DNA of 64,000 nt, from contig JAPMXV010000030.1 of assembly GCA_026936335.1 (NCBI GenBank), positions 310,001 through 374,000 of the forward strand. The letters are read 5' to 3'. The translations under genes and the position numbers were made by a program. Below the pieces are notes generated by a model. That model saw nothing but the letters and a program-made list of their open reading frames with translations. It searched no databases and was not told the origin of the DNA. This document shows positions 13,569 through 24,610 of the stretch, in pieces; within the stretch, counting starts at the first letter, position 1, and each line of letters begins with the position of its first letter. The stretch is from Mantamonas sphyraenae STR306 (lineage: Eukaryota > Protista > CRuMs).

Positions 13569-16500
13569 TCACTTTGTGTCGTTGATGGATGTGCGCGCAG
13601 GGGAGCCAGTGGAGAAGATTGCGCGGATGGACCCCTGGTCACCGGCGGGCCCTGCAATGGCCATGAGGGACATGAACAGTCCGAGGGCGCTGATGATGGA
13701 AAAGGAGATGGTCACCAGGACAAACCAGCCAAACTTGTAGAAGAACTGCAGGTAGGTGGCAAAGAGGATGGAGGAGGAGCCAGCAGAGGTGATGGCACCG
13801 CCGAGCACAGTGATGCCCATCTTGGTGAGGGCTTCCGTGACGCGGTCTGCGCGTTCGGTCTGTTTGGATTCAATGTACTGGTGCGCGAGATGCACGCAAT
13901 AGTCGACCGAGAGACCGACGAGAATGGTGATACAGACGCTCTCGATGAGGCCAAGCGACCATTGAATGACGTACATCATGCCCAGGATAAAGACGACGAT
14001 GCAGGCAATGGTGATGGTGGCAAAGAGAGCGATGATCCAGTTGAGGGTGGAGATGAGGAGCACAAGGAAGGCAAATCCCATGGAGAGGAGGGTGCTGCTG
14101 ATGGCGTTGGCCACAAACAGGCGCTGGGTGTTCATCCAGACCCATTCGTTGGACGACTGGAAGACGAGCTTCATGCCGGCAGGGGCCTTGGAGGACACCT
14201 TGTTGGCGAATGCCTCCCAGCGGTCAAACTCGGGCAGGAGGGTGGTATAAGGCTGGTTGGTGTCACGAAGGGTTGTGTTGAAGGTGACTGCGGCGAAGCG
14301 CAGGCGCTTGGACGACGGATCGAAGCCCAGGAGGTTGGCCTGCTTCTGTCCGTCGGTGGTGTTCTTGGCCCAGTCCTGAAGCAGGGGCTCAAAGTTGGCG
14401 GCGGGCACGGGGAAGCTGACGTTCTTTGTGTCCTGGAGCCAGGTCTTGAAGAGGGACATGAAGCAAGTGCTCTCCTTTTCGCCGAGGTCGCCGCGCGTGA
14501 GCTTGCGGTCCGCGAGAGCATCGGCACAGACGGTGAGGAGGTACTCCTGCGAGGCAGGCTGAGCCATGTCAAATTGACTTGCGCTGTGGTACGTCAGCTT
14601 GCCGATGTCTTCTGAATCGAAGCGATTTGTGCCGTTTTTGTCGATGATGTCGATGCCCCACACAAGGGAGACCTGAATCTGGGTGTCCTCTGCGCTCTGG
14701 CGGAAGGGCGACTTGTTGGAGCTCCACAAGGTGATGAGACGCTGGAACGGGTGCCAGTCAGGGAGAAACTGCTCCTGCTCGGTGGTGGGCCTGAGCTGCA
14801 GGAGACCAAACACGCCGGCGACAACCATGCAGGCGAAAATGAGAATCAGGACGTACTTGGCCGGGCCGTTGATGAAAGGGGCATAGGTGTTCTTGAAGAA
14901 CCGTTCGACGGTGCGGAGCTCGCTGTCTGCCAGCTCGTGGAAGCCGGCGTCGACCTCGTCGGCCTTCTGCGGGCCCTGGTTTGCGTTTTTGATGCGTGTG
15001 CCGCTTGCCTCGGGGTCGTTGGCAGCGTTGTCGCTGTTGCAGCAGGTGCATCCCGGCTTGTCCTCGTACCAACGGTTGTAGAGGACAACCACGGCTGGGT
15101 ACCAGCTGATGACCATGAGGTAGTTGCAGACAACGAGCATGGCGGTGAAGAGACCAAAGACGGAGATTCCGTTGAGCTGGGAGACGGCTGTGGCGGAGAA
15201 GGCAATGGTGGTGGTGAGGGAGGTGATGAGCATGGCGTGGGAGGCACGTCGCCAGGTCCAGCTCATGCGTGTGACCATGTCGTTGCGCAAGTGATCGGGC
15301 AGGCCCTTGGACTGCTTGTAGGCATCAATAAAGACAAAGATGTCGTCTGCGCCAATGGCGAGGATGATGTAGATGGCCAGGAAGTTGAGGCCGTAGAATA
15401 CGCGGATGTTGAGGACCACGAGGTAGACAAAGTAGGCGAGCGGGAAGGACATGAGCACGTGGAACATGCCCAGGACAGCCAGAAAGACACTACCGGTGTG
15501 GATCATGAGGTAGAAGAGGACAAAGAAGAAGCTGCCCATGGCCAGGAGACCATCGTGGAGCAGCAGCTCGTCGATAATGGGCTGACTGAGCCCTGTGCCA
15601 AAGTACAACACCTCGAGCTCGTCATTGGAGGCGGCGACAAACTCGGGCACTAGCTTGATGGCCCAGTCGGCAAACTTCTTGTCCTGTTCCGCCTTCTTGT
15701 CCACGTTGTTCTTGTACCCTTCCAAGGGGAAGGCAAAGAAAAACTGGCTGCGGCTGTACTTGGACTTTTGGTTGGACTGCGAAAAGTCTTTGTCAAAGTA
15801 GACTGTAGAGGGGAGGGGAGGGTGTGAGTCGGGATTGTGTGAAAACACACACACACACACACACACCAACGTACATGGAACACCGCTCTTGTTGAGGCGT
15901 GTGCTGAGGTCGGCGAGGGTGGAACCAATGGGCAGGCGTGTGCTTCCCTGGCCATCCTCGATCTTGCACTGCACTGCAACGACAGCCTGGCCGTTGCGGA
16001 TGATGCTTGCACACTCCAGAGTGAGGGCGGACGAGAACATGGTGATGATCGTCTGCTCTCCGAGAGAGTTGACGTAGTTGGGGTAGGGGCAGATGCCGCC
16101 CGTCTGGGTGGTGTTGACACCCTGGCAAGGGACACCGTTGAGCGGAGCCGCAAAGGGATGCGGCAGTCCGGCGGGCAACGGAATGGAGATGTTCTTGTAC
16201 GAAGGGTAGAAGTAGTTCAGGGGCGAGTTGGGAGGGGCACACGAGTAGATGGGGTTGCCCTGAGAGTCCCTGTCAAGAGCCAGCTTGAAACAAAACTTTC
16301 CGAAACTGGAATCGTCCTGCACCTTGCGCTCGAGCTTGTGGATGCGGTCCAGACTGCTGCTGGTGAACACCTGGTCTCCGTTTTTGTTGATGTACAGGAC
16401 AAGGAAAAAGGCACCCGGTTGGGATTGGCTGTGTTGCGTGGTTTGCGAGCCATGCGGGGGAACAGTGTGAGCAGAGCGAAGGAGCCACATGTCGGCATGG

Positions 16501-17179
16501 AAGGATGGAAGGATTTTCCCCAACATACGGAGGCCTTTACGCATGCAGCGGACGAGTGCATGCACAACAACAAGTGTACAAAAGCACATGCAGGCCGTGC
16601 GGTGTGGCGATGGGAAACAGCTGTGCGCGGACGCGAGCGAGCCGTTGACGTCGAGAAGCAGCCGGTGGGGAAATTTGGATCGCTTTTGGGAAAACCCACT
16701 CGCCACGGGTCTGCATGAGAGAAGAGGGGAAAGTGCACATGCACCCAGACGGGGATGGATGGATGGGGAGAGGGTGTGCAAAAACGGGAGACGTACGTGC
16801 GCTGTTCGATCTGGTCTTTGTCCTTGCCGTCGAGGCCAATGTCCTCTTGGGCTTTGCGCACCGCGTCGACACGACGGGTGCGGATGTCGTTGTTGTCCTG
16901 CAGGCCACCGTCGGTGGTGGGGAACTCGTTCCAGTGACCGACAATGAGGACGACGGTGAGAGAGATGGCAAAGAGAGCGAGGATGATGCCCATGAGGACG
17001 CATGGGTAGTTGACAATGAAGCTGACAAAGCGAATGGGTTCGGCTTCGGCTTCAATGTCTTCGGCGGCGTGGCGAGAGGCTGCCTGTGTTTCCAGGTCCT
17101 TGCTCATGAGGATGGTGTTGGGCTGTGTGCCAGGCGACCGTTTGCCACGGCGCAGACGTTGGAGTTCGGTCGCATCCAT
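13569..17179 (-). CDS. Dispatched/Patched-family RND sterol-sensing-domain membrane protein
   Basis: Multi-pass (1+5)x2 RND topology; TM4 ILAIGADDIFVF, MLITSLTT, TM10 VGLSVDYCVHLAH, GAITS. Predicted introns 16429-16796 and 15803-15874 (CA repeat inside the second). Confidence 0.88.
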
Positions 17180-17321
17180 GTTGGTGATGGTGGTGAGGTC
17201 AGACTCTTCGTGTTCTTCGGGGTCAGAAGCAGCGACTGCTGGGGTGACTTTTGCAGATCTGATCTTGAGCTGGTGGTCCGATGGTTGCGTCGGCCGGCGC
17301 AGTCTCAGCGGGAGCAGCAGC

Positions 17322-18436
17322 ATGAGCAGCAGCGACAGCATCCATGCAGATGATGACGATAGCAAGCAGGAGGGTGTGGAAACCCTGCTGCCGGAGAAGC
17401 CGTCGAGCAGGAAGGATGCCAAGAAGTTTATGGTGGATATGATCGCAGGGGGCACGAGCGGAGTGATTGCAAAGACGGCAACTGCGCCGCTGGAACGCGT
17501 CAAGCTCGTTCTGCAGACACAAAACGGAAACCCACACTTGCGTCCGGAACAACGCTATGCCGGTCCTATGGACGCGTTTACCCGAATCCCGCGCGAGCAA
17601 GGCTTCCACTCGTTCTGTGAGTTGTCGGCGGCGAGCTCGGCTTGTTTGGGTGTACGAAGCCAAACTCACAAACACACCCCACAACACACCACACCACACA
17701 CATACCACACCAATCCACTCCACTCCACACAGGGCGTGGAAACATGGCCAATGTGTACCGGTACTTTCCGACGCAGGCGCTGAACTTTGCGTTCAAGGAC
17801 CGGTACAAGGAGATGTTTGTGAAGCATACCGCGGAAGAGAACTTTTGGGCGTTCTTCTTCGAGTCGCTGGCGGCTGGAGGTGCAGCTGGAGGCACAGCCA
17901 TGGTGGCAGTGTACCCGTTGGACCTTGCACGCACTCGACTGGCAGCCGATGTGGGTACAGGCAGTTCGCGGCAGTTCAAAGGGATTTCGGACGTGTGGGC
18001 GCAGATCTACTACAAGGAGGGTGTGCTGGGGTGCTACCGAGGGTTTGCACCGTCAATGGTGGGCATTGTGACGTACCGTGCCCTGTGGATGGGTGGCTAC
18101 GACGTGGCCAAGGAGATGTTTTTGGACCCGTCGGACGGCGGGAAGAACAACACGCTGCTGCGCAAGTGGCTCATTGCACAGGGGACCACCACTGTGTCGG
18201 CCATGATCTGTTACCCCATCGATTCCATCCGCAGGCGCATGATGATGCAGGGAGGTGAGCAGGACAAGCTGTACTCAAGCACCTGGCAGTGTGTCAAGCA
18301 AACCTACGCCGCAGAGGGGCTGCCGGGTTTCTACAGAGGCGCCTTTATCAACATTGTGCGTGGCGTGGGTGGCCCCATTGTTCTCATGGCCTACGACAAG
18401 TTTGTGGAGGTGGCTCGGGATCGCGGCTGGGTGTGA
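17322..18436 (+). CDS. ADP/ATP carrier (SLC25 adenine nucleotide translocase family)
   Basis: [51 protein letters not shown] and the AAC signature RRRMMM. Intron 17617-17732 (GTGAGT...CACAG). Confidence 0.95.
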
Positions 18437-18481
18437 TCATGACGGTACCGAATGCTGTTCCGTGGGACACCTCGACCACCA

Positions 18482-19744
18482 TCACCAGGATGAACCGCCC
18501 CCGCCACCCCCAAAGGAGGAGCCTCCGCTGAAGGAGAAGGACGACGACGAGGAAGAGCCAGAGGTGTAGGAGCCTGCGCCGCCGTACCGTGTGCTCTGCG
18601 CATCCACGGAACTGTAGCGCCCGCCGTACCACAGCGGATCATCAATGTACACAATAGTGGGTTCACGACGCCATCGTTGGACGTCCTGCACAGTCACATG
18701 CTGCGGGAACAACTCCCGCAGTCTTTCCAGACGGTAGTTCACTTCCCTTTCCGGGTCGAACCATTCGCCCTGTTCACGATCGACCATGAGTTGGATCTTT
18801 TCCTCCGATTCGGGATCCTCCAGCATTGATTGCCGACACAGCGGGCACTTGGGAGGCGACGCTTCGTCCGCGTGTGCACAAATGCGCTCCTGGCATGGTT
18901 GACACAGCTGGTGACCACACGCAAGCGTCACGGCCGTCAACTGGCCCGAAAAGAGCTCCAAGCAGACGGGACAATCAAATTTGGCAAAGATCTTGCGGTT
19001 GCCCGAGGCCATCTGCTCACGCAACTCTTGGATGCGAGCCAGCCGTCGACGCACGGTGCGCACACGCCACATACGTGTAAACACGGTCCATGCAAGTGTG
19101 CCCAAGAGCATGATGCCCATGCCGGCCAACACCGTCATGAACATCACGTGGCCCCAGTTTGTGCTGCGGATGCCTATGGCCTCGCCGTCGCCTTTGAGCA
19201 CAATTCGGATGGAGTTGAGTGCTGCTTCCAGGCCTTTGAATGTCTCCTTGCGTCTGAAGTGTTCCTTGGCCACGTTGAGGACCCCCTCCACGGCAAAGTC
19301 TGTGAGCGGGCTCTGGTGGGCCACATAGGCACCGGTGGAGATGTGCATGACACGATCGTGCACGGAAACAAACAGCAGAATGCCATTGTTGCAGTCGGGA
19401 CTTCCCACGCCCCAGTTGTCGTGCACGGCTTTGGCAAACTCCGCCGGACTTCCGGACTGCGCAGCTCCTTTGTCCATGCGGCCCACAAGCGCCACCCCCA
19501 CTTCATATCCCGCCTGATAGTTGCTGCAGGTATGCATGATGCGGTTGATCTCGTTGATCTGATATTGCAGGGTTTGGATCTCGTCGGTGCTGAGGAGATT
19601 GGCAGTGTCGGCGATGTTCATCCCGGCAAGCGGTGTCACGTCTGCGGCTGCACTCTTGCTGGAGTGTGACAGAGACAGACGCACCACACAACCGAGCACC
19701 AGCAGGCACAGACACAGTTTGGTGGTGGTGGAACACGTCGGCAT
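18482..19744 (-). CDS. Signal peptide + TPM domain + TM helix + RING finger protein
   Basis: TPM motifs DTANLL...FAKAVHDNWGVG..CNNGILLFVSVHDR.MHISTG; TM segment; RING CPVC...LACGHQLCQPC...KCPLCR; C-terminal SFGGGGGGSSW typical of TPM/YgcG/MOLO-1 proteins. Confidence 0.8.
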   Translation of the reverse strand: MPTCSTTTKLCLCLLVLGCVVRLSLSHSSKSAAADVTPLAGMNIADTANLLSTDEIQTLQYQINEINRIMHTCSNYQAGYEVGVALVGRMDKGAAQSGSPAEFAKAVHDNWGVGSPDCNNGILLFVSVHDRVMHISTGAYVAHQSPLTDFAVEGVLNVAKEHFRRKETFKGLEAALNSIRIVLKGDGEAIGIRSTNWGHVMFMTVLAGMGIMLLGTLAWTVFTRMWRVRTVRRRLARIQELREQMASGNRKIFAKFDCPVCLELFSGQLTAVTLACGHQLCQPCQERICAHADEASPPKCPLCRQSMLEDPESEEKIQLMVDREQGEWFDPEREVNYRLERLRELFPQHVTVQDVQRWRREPTIVYIDDPLWYGGRYSSVDAQSTRYGGAGSYTSGSSSSSSFSFSGGSSFGGGGGGSSW

Positions 19745-19788
19745 GGCTTTGGCAGCGCTGGCGCAAATCGGGCCAGCTCAAAACTCAG

Positions 19789-20868
19789 ATGACGTCAACC
19801 GGCAAACCCCGGATCTTCTTTCCCATCGCCGTCCTTGTGTTTGCCCACGTTTGCAGTGCACAACTTCCACTGCATGGCGGAACACAGTCATCTGTGAGCA
19901 TCGAACGCCCTCTGGACGAGATTGGCCCACTGCGCCTGGACGCAGGAACAGTGCGCTCGATCTTGGCCCAATGTGCTGGCAGCCAGTCATGCAGCTCGAT
20001 TATGGACGACGTGAATGTGAACTGTGCCATGATGGATGTGGCATCGCGAAAGAAGGCGGCCTTGGAGCTTGCCCGGTGCGCACAGCGTGCGAGACAGGCG
20101 AGTTGGCCAGCTGTGGATGGCAAAGAGACGGCAGATATCGACACGGTGCTGGGATTGCTGGACAGAGAAAGCTATCTGGTGTACCATTCCATCTTGGTGC
20201 ACATTGAGTCGCAGTGTGTGCTTCGGCATGGGCAGGCGTTGCAGCGATCGACTGCCACATCCGTGGTGGAGTTGATCGACGCCACAGGACGCGTGCATGA
20301 CTCCCTGGGCAACATGGGTGCCTATGTGAACGACATGGCCCTGTCTGTGTTGGACTTGTCCAACGCCAACGCAGGCATCCATGCGGAATTGGCGCGCATC
20401 GGTGACAGCGCCTCGCTCTTTGTTGCCAACGCCTCACAGAGTTTGTCCACCCTTCTCCAATCCCAACAGCATCTGATTTCACACGCCGAAGCTGTGCGTC
20501 ACAGCCAGCAGCGTGTGGCTGAGGAGATGGCAACCATGCAGACTCGTCTGGTGCGGCAGACAGCCGAGATGGCCGCCGGCGTAGAGGCAACCCTTCATGG
20601 GTGGCGACGATGGCTCGAGCATGCGCTTATGCTCATGTTGGTTGTGCTTGTCACCTCTTTGCGTGCCCTTCACCCTCTTCGCGCTTGGATGCTCTTTGCC
20701 GTTTCCTTCATCCACGAACTGGAGCCGCTGCTGAACCTGCTCCTCGGTGTCTCTCACGAACAAGTGCGCACCTGGTTGTTTTCCATCTTGGCAGCCATCG
20801 GAGCGTCCGGCATGCTTTCCTTTGGCCGCATGGAAGAGTCGATGGCCATGGTGCAGGTGTCCAAATGA
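19789..20868 (+). CDS. GEX1/KAR5/Brambleberry-family nuclear fusion (karyogamy) protein
   Basis: Signal peptide (IFFPIAVLVFAHVCSA); Cys-rich domain C...NCAMM....KKAALELARC....Y......HIESQC.L....LQRST...V.EL; coiled coil; 2-3 C-terminal TM helices. Confidence 0.72.
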   Translation: MTSTGKPRIFFPIAVLVFAHVCSAQLPLHGGTQSSVSIERPLDEIGPLRLDAGTVRSILAQCAGSQSCSSIMDDVNVNCAMMDVASRKKAALELARCAQRARQASWPAVDGKETADIDTVLGLLDRESYLVYHSILVHIESQCVLRHGQALQRSTATSVVELIDATGRVHDSLGNMGAYVNDMALSVLDLSNANAGIHAELARIGDSASLFVANASQSLSTLLQSQQHLISHAEAVRHSQQRVAEEMATMQTRLVRQTAEMAAGVEATLHGWRRWLEHALMLMLVVLVTSLRALHPLRAWMLFAVSFIHELEPLLNLLLGVSHEQVRTWLFSILAAIGASGMLSFGRMEESMAMVQVSK

Positions 20869-20888
20869 ACTTCACACCTCTTTCATTC

Positions 20889-22484
20889 CTAGCGTCGCTC
20901 ACGTCGCCTGGGGCATCGATTTGCATAGTGACCGTACCTTTTGCATGCATAGCACTGCACCTGGGACATGTTGCGTCCCCCATAAGATGATCTGGACCAG
21001 GATGAGGAGGAGGATGACGACGACGACGACGAGGAATACCTGTTGCGACGAAATACAGCAGGACTAACCACACGGTCGTCTCCTTTGAGGTTGACATAGC
21101 TTCCTTGCATGACTGCGCCCGTGCCTGCCCGTTTGATCGGCGACGTGTTCGTCGCCTCCTTCTTCTCCTTCTCCCACGGCGTGCGGCACAGAGGACACGT
21201 GGGTGTGCTGCCTGTACGCAACACACTGCCCATCCACTGTGAGATGCAGGTGCCATGGACGTTGCCTCCACAGCCGTAGCGACAGAACGTCACGTCGTCG
21301 CTGCCAAAGCCGTCCATGCAGATGGGACACTCTGTGTCCTCGTCGATGGGCTTCTGCACCACCGTTCCATCCTCCTCTTTCGTGTCTTCCTCTGCCTCCT
21401 GCTTCGCAAGAGCCTCCAGTTCGCTCGTGTCTTCGTCCTCCGCCTGCTTCAGCGCCGTGTCCACTGCCACGCCCGTTGCCTCGCTGTACCTTCGTCGCAG
21501 CTCCGGTGCTGCCACCACGTCGCCTCCCACCACTGTCGCTTGCTGCTTGTCCAGCAGCGCCTCCACATCTGCATCGCTCCAGTGCCTCCGTTCTGCTTTG
21601 CCGTCGTCTGGCGGCAGGTGAAGCACCTTGCACAGGACAAACATCAGATGCTTGCACATCGAACCATGGATGCTGCAATCTGGACAGCTGCATCGCATCA
21701 GACGGCTCACCGTGACCTCGTACGCGTTGCCCGTGCTGCCCATCACCGTAAACTGCTGCTTTGTCGGCTCTGTGCGCCTTCCTCGGTTCAATAGATACAT
21801 CTTCTGGGTCAACGCGCGATACATACGTGCCGACACGCTGTGCTTGTACTTCAACCATCGGTTCTTGGGCTTCTTGGGCCGTTTTGCCGCGGCGGCGGAT
21901 TTTTTCTTCGACGTGCTTGTTTTCTGCCGCTTCCTGTCCTGCTCTGTCCCTTTGTTGCTTCCCTCACTCTCCATCTCGGGTTCCATGTCATCGTTTCCAG
22001 CCGTGGACAAGGTCGAGTTGCTCTGTGCTGCATCTTCTCTGTCTCGTTTCCGTCCGCTGACATGTGCGGTGTCGTCGCCGCTCTCCCCTGCCTCCTCCTC
22101 AAACAAGGATCCATCCGAGGTGCTGAGGGAGCAAGTGGCCGATCGACGGATGCCCAGGTCGGCCAGCGTGCTGTCCATGGAATCTTCACGCGCCAGGGAG
22201 ACCTGCTTGAATTTGCCACCCAGTTCAAACCACGGAAGGTCGCCTTGCACGCGTTGTGAAAGCTCGTGTTCAATCCAAGCCACCACCTTTTCCACGCGTG
22301 TGTCTGTGCTGAACCTGCTGCTCAGCTTGTCTCCCGGAAGCTCGGCCAGCGTGTGGGGCAGCGTAACGGTGATTTTGCACTCGCTGCGGCTCGTCTGCGA
22401 ATCTTCCCCGTCCTCCTGCTGGGTGAATGACTCCATGCGTTGCTTGCGCAGCTGCATGCTCTTTTGCCTCACCAGTGCAGACAT
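20889..22484 (-). CDS. SWIM zinc finger + RING E3 ligase (ZSWIM2/MEKK1-N-like) with N-terminal UBX-like domain and C-terminal CCHC knuckle
   Basis: RALTQKMYLL...FTVMGSTGNAYEV...CSCPD......CKHLMFVLCKVL (SWIM); ECPICMD...CRYGCGGNVHGTCISQW...TCPLCRTPW (RING); CYACKRYGHYANRC (CX2CX4HX4C). Confidence 0.85.
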   Translation of the reverse strand: MSALVRQKSMQLRKQRMESFTQQEDGEDSQTSRSECKITVTLPHTLAELPGDKLSSRFSTDTRVEKVVAWIEHELSQRVQGDLPWFELGGKFKQVSLAREDSMDSTLADLGIRRSATCSLSTSDGSLFEEEAGESGDDTAHVSGRKRDREDAAQSNSTLSTAGNDDMEPEMESEGSNKGTEQDRKRQKTSTSKKKSAAAAKRPKKPKNRWLKYKHSVSARMYRALTQKMYLLNRGRRTEPTKQQFTVMGSTGNAYEVTVSRLMRCSCPDCSIHGSMCKHLMFVLCKVLHLPPDDGKAERRHWSDADVEALLDKQQATVVGGDVVAAPELRRRYSEATGVAVDTALKQAEDEDTSELEALAKQEAEEDTKEEDGTVVQKPIDEDTECPICMDGFGSDDVTFCRYGCGGNVHGTCISQWMGSVLRTGSTPTCPLCRTPWEKEKKEATNTSPIKRAGTGAVMQGSYVNLKGDDRVVSPAVFRRNRYSSSSSSSSSSSSWSRSSYGGRNMSQVQCYACKRYGHYANRCPRRRERR

Positions 22485-22904
22485 TGTGGGTGGGTGTTGT
22501 CTTGGACGGAACCGCGCCACCCGGCGCAAGGAAGCTGAACGCAAAGCCACTGCCACTCGAGAAGCAGCATTCCATCACGTTTTTGGGGTTGGCGAACATT
22601 GTGGAGAGAGAGAAGAGTGAGAAGGAACCAACAACTTCATTATTGTGCGTTGCCTGCGTCGTTTTTGAGTCCGCCCTTTCTCGAAATGGACCCCTGACTC
22701 ACACTCACACACGCACGCAACTCGCACACACCATGCGTACATACGCCCATGCTCCTCCACGTGCCTTTGTCCATGCTTGCACACACACACATACACACAC
22801 ACACACACACACACATATCCCCCCTTGCCCATGTGTTGCCTCTGTTTGTATCTATGCGTGGCGTCCATTTCGCGCCTTCTCTCTGGCGCCCCACAGGAAA
22901 GAAA

Positions 22905-24531
22905 ATGCCGCAACCTCGCAGTCGCGGATACGGGCACCACGGCAGCTCCGAGAACGACAGGCGTCGGCGTCGGGGCAAAAACAAGCCGTCGTACAACAAC
23001 AATGGGAAGAGGAGGCAGCGCGGACAGTCAACGTCGTCGGACGACTCGAATAGCAACGGGTACGGCGGGCGAAGCGGCGGCGGCGGCGGAGGCGGAGGCG
23101 ATCGGGAGCGCAACGGAGGCGGCGGAGGCGACCGAGACGGGCGCTCGGGCAGCAAGAACGGACTGGCGGATAACGGCCAGGATGGAGGGGACAACGTGCA
23201 CTCGCGTGCCAAGTCGGACCGCTACAAGACGGAGCTGTGTCGCGGCTTTCAGGAGCATGGCTTCTGCAAGTATGGCACCAACTGTCAATTTGCACACGGC
23301 GAAGAGGAGCTGCGTGTGGTCTCACGCCACCCCAAGTTCAAAACCGAGTTTTGCAAGAGTTTCCACTCAAATGGCACCTGCCCCTACGGCCAACGCTGCC
23401 GCTTCATCCACATCGAAAAGAGCCGCCTCTCCTACCAGAACGCAGCCATGGGTACGTTACACAAAATGGGTCGCATTCTATTCATGCACAGCAACCCTGT
23501 TTGCCACTCTCTGCGCTCGGCGTGTGGGCCTGCGGTGGTGTGTTTGTGTGTGTGTTGCAGGAATGCCTTCTTGTTCCCATTTGCCTGAGAGGGGTTTTTT
23601 CCACGCGCCGTTTTTCACACAAGCACCGGCTGACGCTGCACGACGCACATGGACACATGGACTTGCCCCACGCATTCGTATGGCACCACACATGAACCCT
23701 TGCCACCCACGCGACACAGCGGATGACATCTTTGGGATCAAGCGAGGGAGCACCGACCCGGAGGACGAAAGCGAGCTGGTGCATGCCATTCGGCAAACGC
23801 GCCAGAACCAGCTGGCCACGCTGCACATTGGGGACGGCAGCGATGGCGACGCAACCATGATGGATTATTTGAACGATGTGAACGAGGAAATCGACCAGGC
23901 GGAAGAGAAATTTATTCAACAACTGAGCATCACCAACCCGTTGGTGGCGGCCTCACACCGGCTGCCCTTTTTCAAGCAGCTCACCGAAAAGGAGGAGGAG
24001 CAGGTGATTGAGCACATGTACCAGACACAGCACAAGGAGCAGCGTCTGCGTTCCAAGCTCCACCAGCAGCAGAAGCAGGAAATCGAACGCAGGTTGCTGG
24101 AGCAGCAGGACGAAGGCAACGCCGAACACCTCACGCCACGCACTGTGGCCGACCAGCACTTTTCCTTCCGCAGCGGCGCAGGCGACAGCCATGCCATCGC
24201 CATGCGCAACACTCACCTTCAGCTCATGCTTTCAGAGGACATGGATAGCAGCGACGTCGACTCGGAAGAGGACTTTGCCCTTGACTCGCGCGGCGGCGGC
24301 GCTTCGGCCTCCTCCTTCAAGGGGGCCCACTACGGTCAGCACAGCAGCCACGGCGCAAACGGCACTCATCGTGGTGCAGGCAGCAATGGCGCAAGCAATG
24401 GTCGAAGCGCACAGCACTCGGCAAAGGCAAAGGTATCCAATCCCACAGCCGCAGCAAACTTCTGGGGCGCCAAGGCAGAGCAACTGCGCAGTACCTCGAC
24501 CGACGACGACTCTGTGTGGGCCAGTGCCTGA
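22905..24531 (+). CDS. TIS11/ZFP36-type tandem CCCH zinc-finger RNA-binding protein
   Basis: [32 protein letters not shown]...[28 protein letters not shown]; intron 23452-23719 joins to ORF ending at 24531; contains RLPFFKQL, resembling the CNOT1-binding RLPxFxxL motif. Confidence 0.9.
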
Positions 24532-24610
24532 GAAATCGGGTGTTTTGTGTGAGTGAGTGATCACAGAAAATTCTTGATGAAAACCCAACCCAACCCGACC
24601 ACATATTAAC

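Noticed and set aside
22770-22815. (CA)n/(TG)n microsatellites in introns and intergenic gaps, and (GCA)n poly-Ser/Gln coding repeats
   Set aside because: Ordinary simple repeats spread throughout the window; no specific organisation.
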